Under the pieces are notes generated by a model. That model saw only the letters and a list, made by a program, of their open reading frames with translations, was not told where the DNA came from and did not search any database. Of a stretch of 64,000 nt of DNA, positions 37,594-48,508 are shown one piece after another. Source of the DNA: Candidatus Poribacteria bacterium (GTDB lineage Bacteria; Poribacteria; WGA-4E; PCPOR2b); contig OZ220744.1 in the NCBI GenBank assembly GCA_965116925.1, positions 416,001 to 480,000 of the forward strand, in the 5' to 3' direction. Both the position numbers and the translations under genes were made by a program. Each line of letters begins with the position of its first letter. The stretch's first letter is position 1.

Positions 37594-38339
37594 TGGCAAC
37601 AGCAACGTTCAGAATATGGCGAGGCGACGCTAATGAAGGGAAATTCGTCGACTATGAAACAGAGGTCTCTGAAGGGATGGTGGTTCTCGATGTCGTTCAT
37701 AAGATTCAGGCGGAACAGGCGAACGATCTCGCAGTACGCTGGAACTGCAAAGCCGGGAAGTGCGGATCCTGTTCGGCAGAGGTCAACGGAAATCCCAAGT
37801 TGATGTGTATGACCCGGCTTAACGACATCCCGCTTGATGCGCCGGTGACGGTTGAGCCGATGCACGCATTTCCGCTCATCAAGGATTTGGTCACCGATGT
37901 TTCGTGGAACTTTGAAGTCAAGAAAAAAATTAAACCGTTCAATCCAAGACCACCTGACGCTGAAGACGGTACTTGGCGAATGGCACAAGAGGACATTGAT
38001 CGCGTACAAGAATTTCGCAAATGTATCGAATGTTACCTATGTCAGGATGTGTGCCATGTGCTGCGCGAGCATGATCTGCACGACAAGTTCATCGGTCCCC
38101 GATTTTTCGTTTACGCCGCGGCTCTGGAGATGCATCCTCTTGACAATGAGAATCGGCTGGAGGAATTGAAAGACACGGATGGCATCGGCTATTGCAACAT
38201 CACTAAATGCTGCACGAAGGTCTGTCCGGAACATATCACGATTACCGATAATGCCATTATTCCACTTAAAGAACGGGTTGTAGACCAATTCTATGATCCG
38301 ATCAAAAAGCTTTTCCGGATTTTTCGACCGCAGAAATGA
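37593..38339 (+). CDS. sdhB: Succinate dehydrogenase iron-sulfur subunit
   Basis: CKAGKCGSC...C, CIECYLCQDVC, CNITKCCTKVCP. Confidence 0.93.
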   Translation: MATATFRIWRGDANEGKFVDYETEVSEGMVVLDVVHKIQAEQANDLAVRWNCKAGKCGSCSAEVNGNPKLMCMTRLNDIPLDAPVTVEPMHAFPLIKDLVTDVSWNFEVKKKIKPFNPRPPDAEDGTWRMAQEDIDRVQEFRKCIECYLCQDVCHVLREHDLHDKFIGPRFFVYAAALEMHPLDNENRLEELKDTDGIGYCNITKCCTKVCPEHITITDNAIIPLKERVVDQFYDPIKKLFRIFRPQK

Positions 38340-38358
38340 TGTAGGTGTGGAGAGGTAA

Positions 38359-39747
38359 ATGCAAACAAGAACTGAATCAGACAGCATGGGGAAGATTGAG
38401 GTCCCAACAGATCGGTATTGGGGAGCACAGACCCAGCGTTCATTGCAAAATTTCAAGATTGGCGGGGAACGCTTCCCGCGTGAGATGATCTGGGCACTCG
38501 GCATCGTCAAGCAATCTGTCGCTGAGGTAAACGCAGGGTTGGGAACGCTAGACGCGGATCTGGCTGAAATTATCATCAAAGCCGCACAAGAAGTGATTGA
38601 GGGCGATCTGGATGATCACTTTCCGCTGGTCGTTTGGCAGACCGGCAGCGGCACCCAAACCAACATGAACGCCAACGAAGTGATATCGAACCGTGCCATT
38701 GAGATGCTTGGTGGCGTCCTCGGCAGCAAAGAGCCCATCCACCCTAACGATCACGTCAACAAATCTCAATCTACCAACGATGCCTTTCCAACAGCTATCC
38801 ATGTCGCTGTTGTTGACCGCATTCACAATCATCTCATTCCTTCGGTGACTGCTCTGCGCGATGCGCTTTCAGCGAAAGCCGAAGCCTTTAAGGATATCGT
38901 TAAAACCGGACGCACTCATCTCCAAGATGCCACCCCGTTGACATTGGGACAGGCGTTTTCTGGATATGTCACGCAATTAAATAATTCGCTCCGCGCAATC
39001 GATCATACGCTGCCACACCTGTATGAACTACCAATTGGTGGGACAGCAGTCGGCACCGGACTAAACGCCCATCCCGAATACGCGACAAAAGCTGCCGCCG
39101 CAATCTCGAAGCGTACCGGATTTTCCTTTGTAACTGCGCCCAACAAGTTTGAAGCTCTCGGTGCTAGAGATGCTATTGTCGAGGCAAGCGGTGCTATCAA
39201 AACCCTAGCATGTGCACTGAACAAAATAGCAAACGACCTCCGCTGGCTTGGCAGCGGTCCTCGCTGCGGCATTGGCGAACTTCTGTTGCCGGAGAACGAG
39301 CCGGGAAGTTCGATTATGCCGGGGAAAGTGAACCCGACACAATGCGAAGCCATGACAATGGTTTGCGCCCAAGTTATCGGCAGCGATACGACGGTTGCTA
39401 TTGCAGGTGCATCCGGCAATTTTGAACTGAATGTGTTTATGCCCGTCATCGCTTTTAACGCTCTCCAATCCATCCGGCTGCTTGCGGATGCCTGTGATTC
39501 GTTCAATGAAAATTGTGTCGTTGGTATTGAGCCGAATCAGGAGAAAATTCAGGAATACCTGAACGATTCACTGATGCTTGTCACCGCGCTGAATCCTTAT
39601 ATCGGCTACGACAACGCAGCGTTGGTCGCCAAAACTGCACATCAGGAAGGCAAAACGCTACGGCAGACTGTGGTCGAACTGAATCTGTTGAGTGAGGAAG
39701 AGTTTGACCGAGTTGTCGTTCCCAGCCAGATGATTGGCCCGAAGTAA
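38359..39747 (+). CDS. fumC: Class II fumarate hydratase
   Basis: [31 protein letters not shown]. Confidence 0.96.
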   Translation: MQTRTESDSMGKIEVPTDRYWGAQTQRSLQNFKIGGERFPREMIWALGIVKQSVAEVNAGLGTLDADLAEIIIKAAQEVIEGDLDDHFPLVVWQTGSGTQTNMNANEVISNRAIEMLGGVLGSKEPIHPNDHVNKSQSTNDAFPTAIHVAVVDRIHNHLIPSVTALRDALSAKAEAFKDIVKTGRTHLQDATPLTLGQAFSGYVTQLNNSLRAIDHTLPHLYELPIGGTAVGTGLNAHPEYATKAAAAISKRTGFSFVTAPNKFEALGARDAIVEASGAIKTLACALNKIANDLRWLGSGPRCGIGELLLPENEPGSSIMPGKVNPTQCEAMTMVCAQVIGSDTTVAIAGASGNFELNVFMPVIAFNALQSIRLLADACDSFNENCVVGIEPNQEKIQEYLNDSLMLVTALNPYIGYDNAALVAKTAHQEGKTLRQTVVELNLLSEEEFDRVVVPSQMIGPK

Positions 39748-39896
39748 AGTTGACAATTAACACGGATAAAAGACATTATATTTGAAACGAAGAGAAACCG
39801 AGTTTTTTCTTGAAAACTCGGTTTCTGTTGCGCGCTTTCTCAACATGAGCCAAAAATATAATACGTTAATGGAAAATCGACATTGGAGGGAGAAGG

Positions 39897-41840
39897 ATGT
39901 ATAAAAAAATCTATGTACCGGTTGACAACTCGGACCATTCCGATGCAAGCGTCAATTTCGCTGTAGAGTTCGCCAAAAAATTTCAATCGCAACTCGTTGG
40001 CTCTCATGTCTATGCCGCGAAGATGCACGATGTTCGCTTCAAACAGATGGAGTACACGCTGCCCGAAGAATATCAAGACGAAGCTGAACTTGAGAAGCAG
40101 CGCCGAATCCATGACACATTGATTACGATGGGACTTCAGTTAATCTCTGATTCCTACCTAGAAGTCATGAAGAATAAATGCGCCGAAAATGACATCCCCT
40201 TTGAAGCCAAAATGCCTGAAGGCAAACACTTCATCAAGTTGGCGGAAGACATCCAGGCGAGCGATTACGACCTCGTGATCATGGGTGCTCTCGGTATGGG
40301 AGCCGTTAAGGATAGTCTACTCGGCGGCGTTGTTGAACGGGTTGTGCGGCGTATTGAGACTGATACCCTTGTAGTCCGAAATATAGAAGCTATGCACGAG
40401 CAGAAGGGGCATATTCTCGTTGGGATCGATGGCAGCCCTGAGTCCTTTGGTGGATTGAAAACAGCAATCCGGCTCGGCAAGGCGTTCGGTAGACAGGTTG
40501 AGGCAGTTGGTGTCTACGACCCGTATCTCCACTACGTGGTTTTCAATTCGGTCGTCAGCGTCCTGACAGAGCGAGCCTCCAAAACCTTCCGATTCAAAGA
40601 GCAGGAACAATTGCACGAAGAAGTAATTGACACCGGGCTTGCCAAGATCTATCAATCCCATCTAGAGATTGCCCGGACCATCGCCAAGGAAGACCACAAC
40701 TACGACCTCAAAATCACCTTGCTGGATGGCAAAGCGTTTGAGAAGATCCTGCAATACGCCCGAAAGACTGAACCGTGGATGTTGATGCTGGGCAGAATCG
40801 GTGTCCACAGCGATCCCGATATGGACATCGGCAGCAATACCGAAAACTTACTGCGCCTTGCCCCGTGTAATGTATTCCTGTCGAGCCAGCGGTACGTTCC
40901 CAAAGTTGATGTCAGAGCGGAGGAGACGGTGGTCTGGACACAGGAAGCCTTAGATCGGATGTCAAAAGCACCACCGCAGGTGCAGGGTATCGCACGCACC
41001 GCTGTTCACCGTTTTGCCATTGAACGCGGACACTCCGTGATTACCGAGAGCGTCATTGAGCAGGCGATGGAGACCTTTATGCCGGGACGCTCAGCGGAAC
41101 GGATGACCAAGGTTGCCAAAGAGATTGCAACGCAAACGGTTTTGGATTCCAATGCGATTAAGACCTACATCTGTGGCGATTGTGGTTATGCCGCCCGCGA
41201 CCAAGAGCCCGTGAAATGTCCCGTCTGCGGCGTGGACGGTGACCGATTCCAGATGGTCGATAAAGATTCGCTCCAGAGGGTTGCGGATCAGGAGGGCGGC
41301 GTGAGTGAAGAGCAAACCTTCGACGGTGTGCGCCTCCAGTGGTCAGATCAGGCGAAAAAGGCTTTACGGAATGTCCCACGAGGATATATGCGTCGCAACG
41401 TCAAAGCGCGAATCGAAAAATCGGCGCGTGTCCAGAAAATCGGTACAATCACCAACGATTTTGCGATGCAGATCATCAACGAGAGCATGGATCAGGCGTC
41501 CGCTGTCCGCGAAGACGCGCCCGAACTGAAAGCTGTCGCACAGTCCCGTGAGTCCGCTGATACCTCCCAAGAAGAAACATTTGAGAGTTCACTTGAATGG
41601 ATGCCAGATGCCCGTGCACGGTTGGATCTCGTGCCCGCTGGGTTTATGCGAAATATCACGCAATCCCGTGTCGAGCAGCGAGCGCAGGAAGCGAACCTCA
41701 CGACAATCAACCTAGATTTTGCAGCGCAGGTGATTGAGGAAGGACGGAGTCTGGACAATGAGGTGCTTGGGACATATTACCAACAGGCCGAACACCCTGC
41801 TGAAGCGGAGAGTGATGAAGAGGAGCCGACGCAAGCGTAA
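39897..41840 (+). CDS. Tandem Usp domains + rubredoxin-like CxxC/CxxC + three PCP_red-like domains
   Basis: YKKIYVPVD.S and ILVGIDGS Usp starts; G..G...G motifs; CGDCGY...CPVCG; three W(T/S/M)..A.....P...R repeats. Confidence 0.8.
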   Translation: MYKKIYVPVDNSDHSDASVNFAVEFAKKFQSQLVGSHVYAAKMHDVRFKQMEYTLPEEYQDEAELEKQRRIHDTLITMGLQLISDSYLEVMKNKCAENDIPFEAKMPEGKHFIKLAEDIQASDYDLVIMGALGMGAVKDSLLGGVVERVVRRIETDTLVVRNIEAMHEQKGHILVGIDGSPESFGGLKTAIRLGKAFGRQVEAVGVYDPYLHYVVFNSVVSVLTERASKTFRFKEQEQLHEEVIDTGLAKIYQSHLEIARTIAKEDHNYDLKITLLDGKAFEKILQYARKTEPWMLMLGRIGVHSDPDMDIGSNTENLLRLAPCNVFLSSQRYVPKVDVRAEETVVWTQEALDRMSKAPPQVQGIARTAVHRFAIERGHSVITESVIEQAMETFMPGRSAERMTKVAKEIATQTVLDSNAIKTYICGDCGYAARDQEPVKCPVCGVDGDRFQMVDKDSLQRVADQEGGVSEEQTFDGVRLQWSDQAKKALRNVPRGYMRRNVKARIEKSARVQKIGTITNDFAMQIINESMDQASAVREDAPELKAVAQSRESADTSQEETFESSLEWMPDARARLDLVPAGFMRNITQSRVEQRAQEANLTTINLDFAAQVIEEGRSLDNEVLGTYYQQAEHPAEAESDEEEPTQA

Positions 41841-41849
41841 AATCATGTC

Positions 41850-42731
41850 TTGAATATCAATTTAGATCGGAGTTTGCCAATGCACCCCAGAGATCCGTTA
41901 CATTTTGGGGAAATTCTTGTGTGTCTCGACGGCTCAAGCTATTCGCAGGCGGCGGTCGAATATGCCACGCAAATCGCTCTTGAACATAACGCCTCACTAA
42001 CCGGCATCGGGGTGATCGACCTACCGGGCCTTCAACGTGCAAGTGGGCCCGCACCGATTGGAGCGATGCACTACGATCAACTTGCTGACCAGCAGCACTT
42101 CCAAGAGACGCGAAAGATAGTGGCTAGTATCCTTAAAGACTTTGGGAACACCTGTCAGGAAAAGGGAATCCACCACTCCATCCATTCAGAGATGGGCAGC
42201 CCATTTCGGGAAATTATCGAAGAATCGAAATTCCACGATTTTATTATGATCGGGCAGAAGACCTTTTTTCGGTATAACGTCAGACACGAACCGGGGAACA
42301 CCTTAGACCGAATTCTTCATAACGGGCTGACCGCGGTCCTTGCAGTACCCGATTCTGTCAGACCGATTAAAAAAGTGCTCGTCGCTTATGATGGCAGCGT
42401 CCAAGTTACCAAAGCAATCCAGATGTTTCTCCTACTTCATATCTGGAATCAGTGCGACATCACCCTCCTGAATGTCAACAATAATGCCAGTCGTGGAATA
42501 CAGTTGCTCGGCAGGCTTGGTGATTACTTCCGTAGGTATGGGGTGCAGACCGAGAAGGTCCAATTGAAAGGGAGGACAGATGAAGCCATCCTGTCCTACA
42601 TCCAAGAACATGAAATTGATCTGCTCGTCATGGGAGCGTATGGGAAGCGAAGCGTATCCGAGTTCGTCTTCGGCAGCGTAACCAAATCCTTAGTAGCGCA
42701 GGCGGGTATTCCGTTGTTTATCTATCATTAA
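41850..42731 (+). CDS. Tandem universal stress protein
   Basis: ILVCLDGS, VLVAYDGS, DLLVMGAYG...GSVT; the start may be ATG 41880. Confidence 0.88.
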   Translation: MNINLDRSLPMHPRDPLHFGEILVCLDGSSYSQAAVEYATQIALEHNASLTGIGVIDLPGLQRASGPAPIGAMHYDQLADQQHFQETRKIVASILKDFGNTCQEKGIHHSIHSEMGSPFREIIEESKFHDFIMIGQKTFFRYNVRHEPGNTLDRILHNGLTAVLAVPDSVRPIKKVLVAYDGSVQVTKAIQMFLLLHIWNQCDITLLNVNNNASRGIQLLGRLGDYFRRYGVQTEKVQLKGRTDEAILSYIQEHEIDLLVMGAYGKRSVSEFVFGSVTKSLVAQAGIPLFIYH

Positions 42732-42740
42732 CCGAGATTT

Positions 42741-43625
42741 ATGAAAACCTATAAAGACCTCCCCGCCGATGGCGGCTCTAACATCGTTGAACAAGTAACA
42801 CAGCAAGTCAATCGTTTGCAAAAGCGACTTGCGTCAGTTGGTAATACTGTTGCTATCATGAGTGGAAAGGGTGGCGTGGGCAAGAGTTCAGTCACTGCAA
42901 ACCTCGCGTCGGCACTTAGGTTGCGCGGGCACACTGTTGGTGTGATTGATGCTGACATCAACGGTCCCTCGATTGCTAAAATGATGGGCGTCAGAGGACA
43001 GCAAATTGATTATGGAACTGACGGTGTTAAACCCGCTCTCAGTCCACTTGGGGTCAAGGTAATGTCGATGGATTTATTCCTCAAGGACGACGAAACGCCA
43101 GTTCTCTGGGAAGCCCAAACACAGAAGGATGCCTTCACTTGGCGGGGGACAATGGAAATGAGTGCCCTCCGCGAATTTCTCTCCGATACTGAGTGGGGAA
43201 CCCTTGACTATTTGTTGATCGATCTTCCCCCCGGTACTGACCGTTTGCCCAATCTCGTCGATCTCCTACCGAATCTTGGTGGTACAGTTGTTATTACAAT
43301 CCCTTCTGGGGTGTCGCAGCTTGTCGTAAAAAAGTCGCTGACAATGGCAAAAAAACTGCTCAACGCACCGGTGATCGGCGTCGTCGAAAATATGGCCGCT
43401 TATGTCTGCGCTGATTGTGGTAAAACCGAAGATCTGTTCCCATCGGGGCACACAGAGGAGATGGCACGTCAATTTGACGTTTCCCTACTCGGCAAAATCC
43501 CTTTCGATCCACGAATCTCTATTGCAGCGGATGAAGGCACTGTATTCGTCGATCAATACGGGGATACTCCCGCAGGACAAACATTTTTCGGCATCACAGA
43601 TAAAATTCGGATGTTCTTTAAATAG
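42741..43625 (+). CDS. Mrp/NBP35/ApbC family Fe-S carrier ATPase
   Basis: SGKGGVGKS, DADI.GPS, W..LDYL.IDLPPGT, ENM...CADCG. Confidence 0.9.
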   Translation: MKTYKDLPADGGSNIVEQVTQQVNRLQKRLASVGNTVAIMSGKGGVGKSSVTANLASALRLRGHTVGVIDADINGPSIAKMMGVRGQQIDYGTDGVKPALSPLGVKVMSMDLFLKDDETPVLWEAQTQKDAFTWRGTMEMSALREFLSDTEWGTLDYLLIDLPPGTDRLPNLVDLLPNLGGTVVITIPSGVSQLVVKKSLTMAKKLLNAPVIGVVENMAAYVCADCGKTEDLFPSGHTEEMARQFDVSLLGKIPFDPRISIAADEGTVFVDQYGDTPAGQTFFGITDKIRMFFK

Positions 43626-43628
43626 AAA

Positions 43629-43773
43629 TAGGAGTTACGCACTTCAGTTTGTAGTAGCGCAATTCATTGCGCGTTCTTCCCTCCCCCCGCTTGCGGGGGA
43701 TAGAGGGGGGGTGGGGATTTAGGGGGTTAAAAATAAAAAACTCGCCCCGCGTGCTAAATTTGCGTAAATCCTG
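43629..43773. mobile_element. MITE-like element with TAGGA(C/G)TTACGCA termini carrying a GTAG REP
   Basis: TAGGAGTTACGCA ... TGCGTAAATCCTG; the first ~80 bp are an inverted near-copy of 58366-58446. Confidence 0.65.
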
Positions 43774-43792
43774 ATATAAACGGAGTCAACCA

Positions 43793-44296
43793 ATGAAATT
43801 CTTATGTCTTGAATGCAACACAGCGATGGAATTTAAGGAAACAGCGACGCCGGATCAAGGTTCGTTGACGGCGATCTTCGAGTGCCCAGATTGCTTTGCC
43901 GAGTTCGCAATGCACATGAACCCGTGGGAAACCCAGATGCTAAAGTCCCTCGATGTTCAACTCGGTAGCAAGAGCGAAGCAGCACAGCCAATGCAAGTTG
44001 TACGTTCCTTCTTGAGTGAAAAGAACCCCGAAAATCTGACTGCCGATGCCCCAACAGTATCCGCCGAAGGCGGCGGGAAATGCCCGTTCACATCGGTTGT
44101 AGCGGAAGCATTTCAAGAGCCAGCGGAGGCGACCGGACCGGTATGGACACCGGAGGCGTTAGCGCGTTTGGAACGCGTGCCTAGTTTCGTCCGCTCGATG
44201 GCAAAGACCGGCATCGAAGAGTTTGCCCGCGAAAATGGGCACACCGAAATCACCGTCGAAGTAATGGATAGTGCCCGTGGTAACTTTGGAATGTAG
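43793..44296 (+). CDS. Zinc-ribbon (CxxC..CxxC) + PCP_red domain protein
   Basis: CLEC...CPDC; KCPF; C-terminal WTPEALARLERVPSFVRSMAK..IE.FA...G...IT. Confidence 0.78.
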   Translation: MKFLCLECNTAMEFKETATPDQGSLTAIFECPDCFAEFAMHMNPWETQMLKSLDVQLGSKSEAAQPMQVVRSFLSEKNPENLTADAPTVSAEGGGKCPFTSVVAEAFQEPAEATGPVWTPEALARLERVPSFVRSMAKTGIEEFARENGHTEITVEVMDSARGNFGM

Positions 44297-44308
44297 GAGC
44301 TTATCACA

Positions 44309-45739
44309 GTGGAAACAGAAGACATTCGTCTCACACAAGCCTCAATAGATCTACCATGGTATCCAATTTCACTGCCAGCCATATCAGCGAAGGTTGCCAA
44401 AAAAAATGGTAGGCGGAAACGCCCTGAGTATGATACACATCAACCGATGGAGGTTGTTCGGAGAATTGTGAATCCATTCGGCGAGGAAATTGTACAGGTC
44501 GATGGGGAAATTCCTGTGGAGCTGCCTGTTAATGATGGCGATAGATTTCTGTTTATTAGCTACGATCAGAGCCATCTCACTCACGGATTGCATAAGTATC
44601 CCGCCAAGTTTTTTCCCGAATTACCGCGATGGCTAATCAAACGGTATTCTCAAGAAAACGATATAATTCTTGACCCGTTTTCGGGGAGCGGGACCACAAA
44701 TGTTGAGGCACTCTTGCTAAAACGGCACTCTGTTGGTATTGATGTCGATCCATTTTCTCGTTTCATCTCAACAGTCAAGGTAAGGCCCTTAGCTGAAAAG
44801 GAACTCGTAGAAGCTCAAGAATCTCTGTTTAACGCTGTAGAAGCCTATCAACCCGCTTTGGTATTAGAATCGGATATACCGTCCTTCCCTTACAGGGATA
44901 ATTGGTTCAACAGAGAAATAACTCTAGAATTGGCTTACTTAAAAAAGGTTATTGAGTCCCTTGATAAGAGCGAGCGCGTTAAAGATTTCTTCAAAGTCTG
45001 TTTCTCCTCGATTATCCGTTCCGTGTCCAATGCTGATGATAATTGCACAAGGACTGTCATTCGCAAGGTACTGAAAAAGCAGGTCAATCCTTCCGATGCC
45101 CTGAGAAAATTTGTGGAAACGGTGCTAGTTAAAGTTCCCAAGATGATAGAATTTTCTCAAAACGTACCACAAGACATAACCGTAAGTTTTCCAGAAAACA
45201 TGGACGCACGGAATATCAGGTACGATGGAGGAACTTTTGACTTGGTTCTAACTTCACCGCCGTATGCAAATGCAGTTGATTATCCGAGAACCCATCAACT
45301 GGAGCTCTATTGGTTGGGATTTGCCGATGGTACTTTAACGCCATTAAAGAAACAGCATGTTGGAACAGAAAGTGTTTCATCACAGGATTATCGGACCCGA
45401 CATCAGATCGGTGTGAAGGAGGCGGATAGTGTCATTGAGAAGATTTTTGAACAGGATCCAAGACGGGCGTATATCGCTTTCAAATACTTAGACGATATGC
45501 GGAAAAATCTGTCCGAAGTTTATTCGGTGTTACGCGATGGAGGGCGATACATCATTGTCGTTGGCAATAATCGTATGCGTGGCCAGCTATTTGAAAGTTG
45601 GAAGTATCTGATGACGTTGGCAGAAAACATCGGATTTGAGATTGAAAACTATTTCGGTTCAGAAATTATCAAGCATTTTATTAAAGTCCCCAGAGCGGAA
45701 CGGATCAACACAGACTGGATTCTGGTACTCAGAAAATGA
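44309..45739 (+). CDS. Amino (probably N4-cytosine) DNA methyltransferase
   Basis: H.YPAKF, LDPFSGSGTT (motif I) before TSPPY (motif IV). Confidence 0.88.
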   Translation: METEDIRLTQASIDLPWYPISLPAISAKVAKKNGRRKRPEYDTHQPMEVVRRIVNPFGEEIVQVDGEIPVELPVNDGDRFLFISYDQSHLTHGLHKYPAKFFPELPRWLIKRYSQENDIILDPFSGSGTTNVEALLLKRHSVGIDVDPFSRFISTVKVRPLAEKELVEAQESLFNAVEAYQPALVLESDIPSFPYRDNWFNREITLELAYLKKVIESLDKSERVKDFFKVCFSSIIRSVSNADDNCTRTVIRKVLKKQVNPSDALRKFVETVLVKVPKMIEFSQNVPQDITVSFPENMDARNIRYDGGTFDLVLTSPPYANAVDYPRTHQLELYWLGFADGTLTPLKKQHVGTESVSSQDYRTRHQIGVKEADSVIEKIFEQDPRRAYIAFKYLDDMRKNLSEVYSVLRDGGRYIIVVGNNRMRGQLFESWKYLMTLAENIGFEIENYFGSEIIKHFIKVPRAERINTDWILVLRK

Positions 45740-45748
45740 GATAGAAAC

Positions 45749-46270
45749 ATGAAGATAGCTGAAGAGAGAGGCCGACAAGCATCGATAGATGGCTTTGCAC
45801 ATGAGCACATTGTTGTTGGGCTTTTGATGAAAAGATACCAGAACGTTTCGTTAGTTGATTTGCCTCTATCAACCTATGATATAATCATCGTCCAAAAAGA
45901 TGAAGATGGAAATGATGATATTATTCGAGCTCAAGTCAAGACTGCGACTAGCAGTATTAGCTTTACTGGAGGTTCCAGAGGAGGCGTGGATAGGGAGTAT
46001 AAATCAGGAGTTAAAGAGTATATACAATCGCCAGAAACCGCAGATGTTGTAATTGGTGTTCATCCTATGAGCAACAATTCGTTTGGACTCTATTTTGTTC
46101 CAACTGTTCTTATTAAATCTCTGGATCAGAAAAGTATTTCCATTAACAAGATCAGTGATTTGAAGGAGAATTATTTTATTCTGGAGAACTGTAAAAATTC
46201 AGAGTTGATAATCAGGAAATGCGAAGAATACGGAATCCTCCAGAGGCGTGAACAATATACTCTCTATTAA
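45749..46270 (+). CDS. PD-(D/E)xK family endonuclease, probable cognate restriction enzyme
   Basis: G.AHE, P.S.YDII...RAQVKT; adjacent to the MTase; visibly AT-richer. Confidence 0.7.
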   Translation: MKIAEERGRQASIDGFAHEHIVVGLLMKRYQNVSLVDLPLSTYDIIIVQKDEDGNDDIIRAQVKTATSSISFTGGSRGGVDREYKSGVKEYIQSPETADVVIGVHPMSNNSFGLYFVPTVLIKSLDQKSISINKISDLKENYFILENCKNSELIIRKCEEYGILQRREQYTLY

Positions 46271-46386
46271 TATCCAATCCTATCTATCTTTGTGGGAGAT
46301 ACATTTTCTGTTCACAGTCGCTCACTAGCTATGATGTGAAATGAGGTGTAAAAATAAAACCTCCCATTTGTAAAATCGTATAAAAC

Positions 46387-46932
46387 GTGATAAGCGGTTT
46401 TGCCCTTACATTTCAATCACTTATGGCTCTAATTGTCGAACTCTTCATCCGTTGGATACATCTTACTGCCGCAATCGTTTGGTTGGGCGGAATCTTTTTT
46501 TCTATCAGCGTTGCAACACCGATTTTGAGGAAGCGTTTTCAAATCCTTGAAAGCGTCCAACATGGGGCCGCGATCCGGAATCGTTTAAGGCATATTATCC
46601 GTTTCACAATCCACATACTCCTAATCACCGGCGCGATGAACCTGTTCATCGTCGGATTGAACACGCAGATGCGCTTTTCTCACGACCGTAGCTATTTTGT
46701 CGTTTTTATCATGAAACTTGCTTTTGTAGGATTGATGACGCTGTTTCATAGCCTGCATATCGCAGTCTTCAATCGAAGGTTAGAATCGGCGGTGGCAAAC
46801 CCGAACTTTGATGCCTCAGAGGTTGCCAAGTTACAAAGGAAAGTAGACCTATTCGGAATTTTTACTATCCTTGCTGGACTTGTTGTCTTTGCATGCGCCC
46901 TGTATCTCCGCCAGATAATAGGGGATCAATAA
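46387..46932 (+). CDS. CopD-like/DUF4149-like 4-TM membrane protein
   Basis: RWIHL.AA.VWLGG.FF; LLITG; KL..V; His residues in TM segments; the start may be ATG 46423. Confidence 0.6.
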   Translation: MISGFALTFQSLMALIVELFIRWIHLTAAIVWLGGIFFSISVATPILRKRFQILESVQHGAAIRNRLRHIIRFTIHILLITGAMNLFIVGLNTQMRFSHDRSYFVVFIMKLAFVGLMTLFHSLHIAVFNRRLESAVANPNFDASEVAKLQRKVDLFGIFTILAGLVVFACALYLRQIIGDQ

Positions 46933-47042
46933 GAATACAAATCACCTCGAAGCATGTGGGCTAGTGTAATCAAAAAAACTCTGCGCTCTCTGCGCCTCTG
47001 CGGTAAAATACATGACAGCATATCAAGCTTTAAGGAACGACC

Positions 47043-48344
47043 ATGGAAACAAAAGTCCAAGCCGTTTCATGGAATATCACACGGCTATGCAATCTCAAAT
47101 GTACACACTGCTATCTCCCCGCTGGGTTTGTGGATACCAACGAGTTTCCGAGTGGATATTATCGAGATACAGAGTTGACCCAATCCCAGTGTTTCCGCGT
47201 GATTGATGAGATTGCCGAAATCAATCCCAACATCCTCCTAATTCTCACAGGTGGCGAACCGCTGCTGCGGCCTGATATTTTGAAAATATCGGATTACGCA
47301 GCTCGAACCGGATTCTTGGTGGTGATGGGCACAAACGGCGTCCTGCTGAACGATGAAACGGTTCAGCGGATGAGCGACCACGGTGTCGCTGGCGCAGGCA
47401 TCAGTCTAGATGCTGTGGATCCGGTCAATCACGACAAATTCCGAGGTATGGACGGGGCTTGGGAAGGCACGATGAACGGCGTCGAAGCCCTCAAGCGGGC
47501 GAACCTCGATTTCCTCGTGCAGACCTCTGTGACCCAATGGAATTACGATGAAATTCCACAAATCGTTGATTTTGCCTATGAACTCGGTGCGAAGGTATTC
47601 AACCTCTATTTCCTTGTCAGAACCGGCAGAGGCAAAACGGTGATGGATATCACGCCAGCTCAATATGAACGTATGCTCTCAACGCTCTTTGAATTGCAAG
47701 CGAAATATCGAGGCAAAATGCTTGTTGCGGCGAAATGTGCGCCACACTACAAACGGGTCATCTATGAGCAACAATCGGATTCGCCTTTCTTGCAAGCCTA
47801 TCCGAGCGGTACATGCCCCTGTGGTATCTACTACTGCCGGATCACACCTGAAGGCGATTTGACACCGTGCCCATATATGCCGGTAAGCGTCGGCAATCTG
47901 AAGACTGAAAGTTTTGCGACCCTCTGGAATCAATCGAAGGTTTTTCATGAACTACGAGATCGGAAATTGTTGGAAGGTAAGTGTGGAGCCTGTGAATTTC
48001 GAGACGTTTGCGGCGGTTGTCGCGCCCGTGCTTATGCCCTCACCGACAACTATCTCGCTGAAGATCCATCCTGCGAATACCAACCGGGACAGGCAGGAAA
48101 TCAAAACATCCGTTTTGAAAAAACGACGCCCTTTGCAGCTGAAACCGACTACGAGTTACAATGGACAGATGCTGCACAACAAAGATTACAGCGTGTCCCC
48201 TCCTTTGCACGGGGGATGGTCACCAAAAGCGTCGAAAAATATGCCCGTGAGCACGGCTACAATGAAATCACGCCGGAAATCATGAAAGCTGTCAAGGATC
48301 GGTTTGATAAAACGGGCATTCCGTCCTTCAGACCCCGGCGGTAA
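47043..48344 (+). CDS. Radical SAM/SPASM protein (AhbD/NirJ-like) with C-terminal PCP_red domain
   Basis: WNITRLCNLKCTHCY, LTGGEPLLR; SPASM Cys set ending CGAC....CGGCRARA...DPSC; WTDAAQQRLQRVPSFAR. Confidence 0.85.
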   Translation: METKVQAVSWNITRLCNLKCTHCYLPAGFVDTNEFPSGYYRDTELTQSQCFRVIDEIAEINPNILLILTGGEPLLRPDILKISDYAARTGFLVVMGTNGVLLNDETVQRMSDHGVAGAGISLDAVDPVNHDKFRGMDGAWEGTMNGVEALKRANLDFLVQTSVTQWNYDEIPQIVDFAYELGAKVFNLYFLVRTGRGKTVMDITPAQYERMLSTLFELQAKYRGKMLVAAKCAPHYKRVIYEQQSDSPFLQAYPSGTCPCGIYYCRITPEGDLTPCPYMPVSVGNLKTESFATLWNQSKVFHELRDRKLLEGKCGACEFRDVCGGCRARAYALTDNYLAEDPSCEYQPGQAGNQNIRFEKTTPFAAETDYELQWTDAAQQRLQRVPSFARGMVTKSVEKYAREHGYNEITPEIMKAVKDRFDKTGIPSFRPRR

Positions 48345-48508
48345 ACTATACCTGACAGACATATTTCCAAGACTCATATAAAAAGAAAGTGCAAAATACC
48401 GAAGGAAGCCGTAGGCGGGGCATCTTGCCCCGCCCGTCCGTGCCAAAAACTTAGTTTCTGTTGCACGCTTTCTTAACATGAGCCATTTTCAATTGAGGAG
48501 AGAAAATA

